Shown: in pieces, positions 55,252-64,000 of the stretch
Numbering within the stretch: position 1 is the first letter of the stretch
How the letters are laid out: every line of letters starts with the position of its first letter
From: Daphnia carinata
Taxonomy: Eukaryota
Direction: 5' to 3'
Length of the DNA stretch: 64,000 bases
Assembly: GCF_022539665.2 (NCBI RefSeq)
Contig: NC_081331.1
Span: 12,710,001 to 12,774,000, forward strand
The notes under the pieces: generated by a model
Database searches by the model: none
The model's input: only the letters and a program-made list of their open reading frames with translations
What the model was told of the DNA's origin: nothing
Program-made: the position numbers and the translations under genes

Positions 55252-55889
55252 TTAAACGGAGTACCCAAAGGCACGGTGACCTCCATAACTACCATAGCCC
55301 CAACTTCCGTATCCGCTGGGATAGCCACCATAGCCATAGCTTTTGGTATTTCCATAGCCATAGCTTTTGGTATTTCCATAGCCATAGCTTTTGGTACTTC
55401 CATAGCCTCCATATCCTCCGGTACTTCCATAGCCTCCATATCCTCCGGTCCTTCCATAGCCTCCATAGCCTCTGGTGTTTCCATAGCCTCCATAACCTCC
55501 GGTACTTCCATAGCCTCCATAGCTTCGACTCTGATGTTCCGCAGCCTCCAAATCAGAGGCAAGCGCTCCGTCTTCAACTGAACGACGGTGGCGGCCCCAT
55601 CTGTATGTTCCGCGATATTCGCCACCATATGGTCCATATCCCTTGCGGTATGTTCCATAGTACCCACTGCGCCTGTTGTATTCGGCAACATCCAAATCAG
55701 ATGCCTCTACTACTGCGTCCGTCTCAACGGCGGCGGCAAGCGCCATTAGGCATGCAAGTACGATCTGGTTCAATCAATCGAATTATAGTAAGCATATAAG
55801 TAAACTTATGAGTGCTAAAATAATTATTTAAATTAAAAGCGCTACTTTTGTCTTAGAAAAGGAATAAAAAGTCTTACCACGACTTTCAT
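55252..55889 (-). CDS. Precursor gene M (quartet copy 4)
   Basis: Exon 1 55878-55889, exon 2 55252-55764; RWG-RHRR-S cleavage site. Confidence 0.9.
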
Positions 55890-56741
55890 TGTTGCAACGA
55901 TCTGAAGAGTTAACTCGAGAGCTGAAGAACTGATGTCGATGGAGCCCAAATCCATGTCATTTTATACTAAATCATCATCACGGTTTTTGTTTTTGTCCTG
56001 TTTCTGAACATCTACACCGACCGAGGTGGTTGCTGTAAAAAGCCACAAAACCTTGAACGACGATCTGGAGGACGAACAAAAAAAAACACCACCCCTAACC
56101 TTCCTCGTTTAATTCCTGTTTCAGATACTTTAGTAAACGAAATAAAAGAATTATTTATTCTTTGACGACTTTGATATAAAAGAATAAGGGTATATCCCTT
56201 ATATGGGTGGCACTTTCTTATCAAACATGTTATTTCAGACGCGTAGTGATCTACGGTGCACACGCAAAACAGAGAACGGATTCCTTATTAAACCTTTCTC
56301 GTTACCGACTCACCATAAATCCGGCACGCGAAAGATCTCTTGTCTCATAAAGGCCTGTTTAAGCAGTACGAGTATCCAAAACCTTGAAGCATAAATGAAG
56401 AAAAACGGGGAAGCCCCTCTGCTTCCACGGTCGTTCCCCAATCCTCTTTTGTAACACACTTGAATGTGAAGGTGATCGTGAAGGAAAAACTGCCAATGGA
56501 TAAAACAAGATGCTCTTCTCGCTCCTCGTTAAAAACGTGTGTTCCCATGGAACCATGTATGTTAAAGACTAAAATAGAACGCTTCAAAATTTCCCAACAG
56601 TTTGATGTGCTGCAAGAATCCAAAAGGAAGAGGATATGTGATTGATTAAGTATAGAAAATGTTCTTTCAAATTTATTATTGCTTGAAGGTAAAATACGGT
56701 GTAGCTTATAAGTATTCTGGGAAACATTCATAAGAAATTGA

Positions 56742-57845
56742 TTAATATTGCGCCGGAAGTAGCCCATTTACCCAATCGACGATGGTCTTATCGTGCCAAA
56801 CGTAAGCTCCTTTCGGATTTGTGGCGTCGTTGGGTGGCAACATGGCCAACCACGACGGAGCAGCAGCACCTAGTCAATCAATAATTAACGTTAATCAAGT
56901 GGTATGAAGCAATGAATTCTACATGTAGCTACCTTGTTCAATTGTTAACACCCCTTTAAAGGACGCCATTTTCGTATTGACGTAGCCAGGATGGACGTGA
57001 TTAACGATTATGTCTTCACGTGGATCAACATTGAAATCACGTTGTTGGATTCGTGTCATCGCACTTACAGCGATTTTAGACGCAATGTAAGAGACCCAGT
57101 TTTTCTGTGGCCAGCCATAATCCGAATGATCTCCTCGCTTCACAGCACTATAAAAATGTCAAAACAAGTTTAAATTTTGAAATTTAGGAATCAACGGTCT
57201 TTAAAAGTTACTCCAGAAAATCGTTCATGAGTTTCAACAGCTCGTCGTACGAGAGATCCGGAGAAGAAAATTTGGCTCTTAATGTGGTGGCTGCCTCACT
57301 CTGACCCTCGATCTGGGAAATGTGACCCATGCTGCTAGATAAATTGACTACTCTTGCGTGAGGCCTCAGAAGGGGGAAAAGGATATTGCACACACGAAGC
57401 GTATTGAAAAAATTAGTTTGCACTACGGAGCGCGTGTTTTCTGTAAACAATTCTCGTGAATCTTCATTTTTCGCCAAAATTAACATCGCAGCATTGTTAA
57501 CCAAGATATCTAGACCGCTATAGGTTGCTTTCAGGTAGTCTCTCAGCCGCAGAACACTGGATTCGTCATCGATATCAAGTTGGTGGTATTTGGGATGCAA
57601 GCCAAGCTTCCCAAGTTCTTCGACTGCGGCCCTACCCAAATTCTCATTTCGAGAAGTTAGATAAACTGAGCCGCTAAACGTTTTACATAGTTCTTTAACA
57701 GTTGCATAGCCAATGCCTTGGTTTGCTCCAGTAACCTTTTTGAATCCAGGTAATGAAGTTAATGTTAAATGAGTTGCATGGAACATACATATAAGTTGGG
57801 GAAGATGAATTCAAAACGTACCACTGCAACACGGGATCCGACCAT
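56742..57845 (-). CDS. Carbonyl reductase [NADPH] 1/3-like SDR
   Basis: MVGSRVAV|VTGANQGIG, YHQLDIDD, GLDILVNNA, TNFFNTLRVCNILFPLLRPHARVVNLSS, GWP...YIASK, VNHVHPGYVNTKM, LTIEQGA...PKGAYVWHDK. Confidence 0.9.
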
Positions 57846-58162
57846 GTTTCTTCTGTCCGAGATTGCAACAACAAAATAAATCACTGTATGTTGTACGCCT
57901 AGCTATCGTGACGACTATCAGTGAAGGATGAACGGTCAAAGCTGTAAACCTAAGATAAGCAGCAAAAAAGCAAAGTCATGCACCAGATGACTATCAAAAC
58001 ACACAAATAGAAACCATTTTAAAAAGGACAACCATTAAAACATGTATTAATAATACATTTTAACATTCCAGAAAAATGTAGGCATGATGAAAATAACACA
58101 CTGTGTTATGCGCATATCCCTTTCCAGAGAGTAATGCAAAACGCAAATGAAACCATTTCCTT

Positions 58163-60446
58163 TTACAAATTGTTGCGCACTTTCCATGCACTTTCGTCCT
58201 TTGACTGCAACTGCTGAATAACACGGCGACCCCAACGGAGCCATAGAAATCCGAAAACAATGCATATAAGCGATTCAACGTAAAAACCATCCAAGTCGAC
58301 GACGCATTGACCTCCAGCTTCAGTACATAACTATGCCCAAATGAAACAAGTTTTACGCTTATGTTTATGGCTGACGTTAAACATCGAGAAAATGATAACT
58401 TACCAGTGTTTCGGCGGAATTGCGGCACTTGTTAGTTTCACCGACGATAGAATTTCCTGTGTGGCAGCTTTTCCAAGTCAAAGCATCAACGGACCAAAGA
58501 GCTAACGTAGAGGGCCAGTTGCCCCCAAGATTGCACACTGCAAAATAATATTTGAAAAACAAAGAAGACAATAAAGTACTCAAAAGGTAACAATATATAT
58601 TTTTGTTAATCACGGCACCTGTGTTTAGTAGCGTCATATAGGTTCCGCCAACCTGAGGATCACTAACCTATAAACAAAGAACGATCATAAAAGGATAAGT
58701 TGTTGAGGAAATAAATGTTGAACACGCAACGTCTTACTTTGGCAAAGAATGCCATCACGGCAACAAACATACTGTACACTGTGACCTAGGAAAACTGATA
58801 ATTACATGGTGGCAATTAATGAATGAATGCGTATGGTGGTACCTGATGTATAGCGTAAATGATAACAACGATTAAATAGTAATAAAAAGGAAACTGGCCG
58901 TCGCTGCTTTGAAACCAGGGAGTTATCCATACCAGACCAGCATAAACAAATCCGAACATTAACCTGCAGGTTGGTGAGGTGAATGTATTAAAGAATTAAC
59001 GGTGGTTCTTTTTGTTTAAGAACGATCTTGTTTACCTATAAGGAATGGCTTTTATAAAAACTTGCATGGGCCGAGGCCCGGCAGTGTATCGGCTTATGAA
59101 AAGTGGCAGGACAATTTGAAGTGGGACTAAAGGGACCGCTAACAAGGCTAATTGCGCTTTGGGAACTCCCTAAAAGATTTAATAACACCGAGATCAATCG
59201 AAAGTCACAATAATCAAGCAGGGAGGGAAAATTCTCATTGTTACCATTTCAACTAATTTAAGACCGGAAACTGCATCGGACGCTGAAAATCCTATCTAAA
59301 TGATAAGACGGAGAAAATAATACCAGCAAATGAAATTCTGAAATGCTTAAAGTTACCTTGCAGGTTAAGAGAACTACTACAGTCCACCTGATGACAGGAA
59401 GTTTAAATATTTTGAGCAATAGCTTGTAAGTCTCCATAATGCTTAAATCCTGCTCATCGCCTTCATGGCCGTCTCTTTCGTTATTTTCTTGTGCTTGTGT
59501 TTTCTCTCTTTTGAAAAACCACACAAGCGTCGTGGTGATAAAGAAAATGATTCCCCAAAAATAAAGGAACCCTAGAATCCATATATGGAATCGAATTAGA
59601 AACTTGACCACACGCAACGCGTGAATTCTAGTACTTTACCTGATAATGTTAGAAGACCATTTGGTTCAGGATGATTCCTTAGATATTTGTTGCAGAAATC
59701 TGCAGATTCAAAAGCTACAAAAACAACATAGCCTAAAAAATAACCAGCAGTTTGACCAACACTGTTGCAAGTAGAAGCATAACCCACATTTTTCCTGTGT
59801 ATAACAGAGAATGTATGTGTTAGTGTTTTATAAAATAATTTGCAAATGGACAATTAAAAGAAAACCTGTGCAACATTGTTAATGCCCATCCATCAACAGC
59901 AATGTCTTGAGTTGCAGCTAAAAAGTTTAGAATAAAGAATGCTGCAGTTAACAGTTGGATATTAGGGGACCCTTCTGAATCCAGATATTGGTCCACCCTA
60001 GTTGACAAAAACAGCATAGCCACTCCAATCAGGTACTGTACAGGAACAAGCTGTGCAACAACAACAGATATTAATGCCTATTGCGAAGAAGCAATAAATG
60101 ATTTTAGTACCCAAGTTTTTCTTCTCCCCATCTTAGATGAATACAAGGAGTCCACTATTGGAGCCCATAGGAGTTTCAGGCTAAATGGCCAAAACACAAG
60201 ACTGAATTCTGCTTGTTCTTTGTAGCTAACATGCCGGTTCTGTAGCATGAGGGGAATGCTGGCAGTCAATCCTAAAGGAATTCCTTGCAGCAAATACAAA
60301 AAGAAGAGCAGGGCAATATTTTTGCCTTCACCTTTCCAACTCCAAATAAGCGGTGCGTCCTTCATTTCTTTGATTTGGTAACTACTTCCTTTTTCACTCA
60401 ATGAAGAACGTCCATTTTCTGCTTGTAATTCTCCTCGCTTCCTCAT
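58163..60446 (-). CDS. SLC33A1: Acetyl-coenzyme A transporter 1 (AT-1, MFS)
   Basis: NIALLFFLYLLQGIPLGL, WPFSLKLLWAPIVDS, GRRKTW, FLAATQDIAVDGWALTML, NVGYASTCNSVGQTAGYFLG, GGTYMTLLNT, NLGGNWP, DGFYVES; last exon ends SAWKVRNNL*. Confidence 0.95.
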
Positions 60447-61135
60447 TGTACAATCTGAAATTTGTTGTAAATTTAATGATTTCTTTCTTTTAAAATGTCT
60501 ACTTTTAACACCTGTGGTTGTTGGATTGGTTAAATGAACAGGTAGTTGTACATTGAGATGATTTGCCTGGTCCTGTGTGATGACGTTGCCTGCTGCCGAT
60601 AGTTCTCAGTCCAAAAACAAAAACCTTTTTCGTCTGCTAGTATCTGACAGATAAAAGGGTTGACACTTGACAGCATGCGATTTTCTCATTTTGTTATTAA
60701 ACTAAAATTTTGCTTTTGACAATACTAGTTTTCCGACACAATAAAAACGATATCATAGAATATGAACACTAAATGGGCTAACGTGCTGCGTAGATGAAAA
60801 ATCAAGCGCAGCAAAGTAAATGATACTGAACTGGGGCTGCTGGGGTTCTATTCAATTTTATTCAGTTTTTGATGAGGATTTTGCATCTAACATACAGCAC
60901 ATAACAGCACTTGATGGTGAGAGGAAGAAAACCGGCGACGGGTACTTCATTTAACAGGTCGATGAATGAATTTTCAACACGGTTGAATTTGAACTTTTGC
61001 TGTGTCAAACGGTGGAGTTCTGTCTGTTACTGCCACCACGCCACCAGAGCAATAAAGGTAGGGGAGGAAGAGAACAGGTAAGATTCATCACTGGCACAGC
61101 GGACGTAGCTAGGGTCAGCTATGCAGCATGCGGGA

Positions 61136-62395
61136 TCAGAAAGACGAGATGGGCATGTCAAATAGATCGGTAAGACCCTCATTTTCATCAAGGTGGAAGT
61201 AATAGTCCCTCTCACTGGGAGGAGGACTTAATCGGAGGAACGAATCAGACACAAGTTCCTCCATTTCGGTGTCATCTGCATCGGCTCCAGATGACTGCAT
61301 CGGCTTTAAAGCCGGTTCTTGCTGATCTTGAGATTGAGACTTGCGTGGCGAACGCCGCGTTTCCTGCTTAGGCATACATACACACAAAAGACATATCAGC
61401 AATTTTGCAATAGAACATGATGAAGATGTACTACCGTTAAGAACCGTTTCGGGGGAGGTACAGGTACAGCAATCGGACTAGTGCCTTCATTATCCTTATT
61501 CACCAGCAGAACGTGAATGGGAACTGTTTGTGATTTCAGATGGATCTGATACTGACGTTTCTGTAAGGGAATCTAAGTTAATTTGGTCATTAATGCTCAA
61601 ATGAGTGTCTTGTTTAGATTTTCACCTGGTCTTCTTCTGGAATGGGAACTTCTAGGTGAGTATGTGGTGGTGCTCTGATGGCTAATAAGGTATCACCTTC
61701 AAAGCTTGAGCAAAGATCGTCATGAGTGATGTATGCTAATCGACTGTTGACACTATCTTCACTTGTGTTACGAAAGCTTTGCTGTATCCACTGTAGGGTA
61801 AAAGTCCAAGGGGTATATATGAGTCAACTGTTTGAATTAAATTGTTTTAAGAAGCAGAACTTCCATATTTGTTTTATTGATATCTTGAACTATTAGGCCA
61901 TATTGCTGGCTAAATCATGTTCCACTGAAAGGAAAATACCTGCTTGTGCTGGTCTAGGTTTTTTTCTAATGTATCTAATGATGCTACTTCATTCCTCAAC
62001 TGAGCAAGTTTTTCTCCGATCTCTTGAGTATTGCATCCAGGGCCTGCCCCTCTATAAAATTAAAACTGTCATCAATAACATAAAATTAAACATAAATGCA
62101 TAAAAACAAACCTCCATTGTATACTGTTTTTACTCTTCTTTTCTATTAGTCCTATTCCTTCTAGAACATTTGTGATATCATAAATACGCCGTTTCTGTCT
62201 GACGGCCAAGGTATCCGCGGCCTAGGCAAACACAACCGTTACGTTATCCATACGTACGATAATTTATCGATCAGTGATGCTCACCACTTTCAGATCCAAC
62301 ACCCCATCGCGAGCTTCTTGCAAAAGATTTACGAAACGTGTTGTCAACAAACCTAACGATTTTTCAAATCGGCTGGCCGCGTTTAAGTCCGCCAT
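61136..62395 (-). CDS. E2F4: E2F transcription factor, E2F4/E2F5-like
   Basis: [69 protein letters not shown]-binding domain, DTLLAIRAP marked box, and C-terminal [17 protein letters not shown] pocket-protein-binding motif. Confidence 0.93.
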
Positions 62396-63513
62396 GTTGA
62401 AAACCCAAACGTATATTGAAAACGAAAACGACGCGCCACTGGTCCTACTGATCTTGAAATCCTCCAAACTGTCATCTAACGGCCGATTGGCAAACCTATC
62501 ATGTGAAAAGCAGTTTTGTCTGCATCAAGGTACACAAAAAGATAGATGATGAAACGAATAGTGACTAGCCAATTGGACTTTTTATTCTGCATGCAGGTTT
62601 GAATTTGAATAAATTTTTTGTTGGCTTTTCATTTTCAAGATCAGCCATAAAGGCATACATTGATTTAGAAAACTTGAAGTGGTAATATAGCAATTCTGCG
62701 CCATCCAATATCTACGTAGGTACGTACCTATTTAAAGATATTTTAGTTGTGAATTCAACTTAAAACCTTGAAATTTCCTTTTTTGAAATTTACGATAATC
62801 TTGTAGTTTCTAGTATTGCAACTTTATCCTTCGAAGCCTAATGCCACCTTTGTTCCGTGAGTTGAATGACGTCTCGCATTTTTTTATTTTAAAATTATCT
62901 TACCAATGTTAGATCGATTTGTTTCTATTAGTTAATATTAGTTTCTGATTGCGGACAATGTGGAACAGGTAAATCAATTTAAAATTATCAATATTCTTAA
63001 TTCGACATCCACTAGATGTCTCCAATGCAATTTTGTTAAGCGTAACTCGACCTAGTTCCTCTTTTGTCATTCCCTTTATGGTGTCCTTCTCTTTTTATGC
63101 CATAGATATCTGTTGAACCTTTTTGCTCCTCATCCCCAACCCCTCTGCTTTTTCTAACCCCACTTCCTTATATGACAGGGTCTTTTATTGTAAAATTCTC
63201 ACAAAAGACACGGCTACACTTGGAGACCAGCGGAATGCGAAGAGCTGATGTTGTTAGGGCGGTGTTAGTTCCGGCCGCTCGGAATTGGAAGTGCCTCTAA
63301 CTTTCCTTACCCTTCCCTACCCCAACTATTTCACTATGTCGTGGTTCGTTCCTTCGATGCAGGGAGTTATCTAGTGAGCCAAGCGTGCAGACTACTCTCC
63401 GCAGTTCGTTACCAACTGCAGTCCCGCATAGGTGTGCATCTTGGCCACTCCTCGTTTGTTTTCCTTTTTCATGTTTTGAAATTGAAACGAATACAGAGCC
63501 ACAGAAATTTGAA

Positions 63514-64000
63514 ATGTCCATAGATTTTGATTTAATTCTGCCCGATGTGGGTGAGTACGGAAACTACCAAAAACTGATGGTGTGGTTTGTTTTTCTACCC
63601 GGCATGATACCCTGTGGGTTCCATGCGTACAATCAGCTGTTTATGGCAACTCAACCCAAATTTCGATGTCTCGTACCCGATCTCGATTTCACGGCACGCA
63701 ATCTCACGGATGATTTTATTCGCAACATAAGGTATTTCTAAAATATTCACTTTCGTTTTTGCATGTAAAGAAAATTGACCGCATTGTAAGATTTGAAACA
63801 AATCAATGTTAGTATTCCGTTCGTGATGAACAAAGACAGGAGATGGAACTTTAGCTCATGTTCGATGTACTCGCGGAATTACTCCGTCGCGGAAGACCTT
63901 ACTGTGCTACTTCAAGCTAGCGGAAATTTGTCATCATCGGATATTCCAACAGTGCCATGCCAAGTGGGTTGGAAGTTCCAGAACAATGATCAAGAGACAA
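63514..64000 (+). CDS. SLC22 organic cation transporter-like, 5' part (truncated by window end)
   Basis: MSIDFDLILPDVGEYGNYQK...F...P...CLVPD, then SSCSMY...VPCQVGWKF: the typical SLC22 N-terminus and Cys-containing first loop. Confidence 0.8.

Larger units (their letters stand above)
49460..56780. repeat. Segmental tandem duplication: ~1.7-2 kb gene units nested in a ~3.75 kb two-gene unit
   Basis: Intergenic blocks recur (e.g. near 49600, 51220, 53260, 54920). Offsets are J-L 3706 nt, K-M 3762 nt and reductase tail ~3750 nt. Confidence 0.85.

Noticed and set aside
26627..55799. Plus-strand and off-frame ORFs overlapping the precursor genes (Cys-rich, Ser/Thr/Ile-rich or MEAME-type translations)
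   Set aside because: Shadows of GGY/GGH repeats. Only the minus-strand frame has a signal peptide, splice sites, TATA and polyA signals.
52596..56767. Duplicated ORFs 52596-52874 and 56345-56767 as a separate gene pair
   Set aside because: They lie in the duplicated reductase downstream region, have no recognizable domain or consistent start, and their similarity is explained by the segmental duplication.
17944..60446. Choline transporter plus acetyl-CoA transporter as a 'cholinergic locus'
   Set aside because: SLC33A1 supplies the ER lumen rather than acetylcholine synthesis, no ChAT or VAChT is present, and the genes are ~38 kb apart.

Overview
Compact, intron-rich animal genomic DNA with mostly ~60-120 nt GT-AG introns. 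The gene content fits a small crustacean such as Daphnia, but that is an inference. Left to right: the 3' end of a C1q-domain gene; four tandem short secreted collagen-like genes; an RR-1 cuticular protein; a high-affinity choline transporter; a TRPA-family ankyrin channel; a ~29 kb minus-strand array of 13 related small secreted precursor genes, interrupted by a retinol-dehydrogenase-like SDR; a carbonyl reductase; the acetyl-CoA transporter SLC33A1; an E2F4/5-like factor; and the start of an SLC22 transporter. The most notable system is the 13-gene array (26.7-55.9 kb). Its members share a 4-codon first exon, signal peptide and promoter layout, and 12 of 13 repeat the unit [acidic spacer ending D-L/Q-x-x-A-E] + [Gly/Tyr/His- or Lys/Arg-rich peptide] + [R-x-x-R-S, usually G-R-x-x-R-S]. 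This reads as a multi-peptide precursor family for candidate antimicrobial or cuticle-material peptides, and one gene encodes 12 copies of a cationic dodecapeptide. Second, the SDR gene carries two interleaved, phase-compatible sets of catalytic/substrate-binding exons, suggesting mutually exclusive splicing of its active site.
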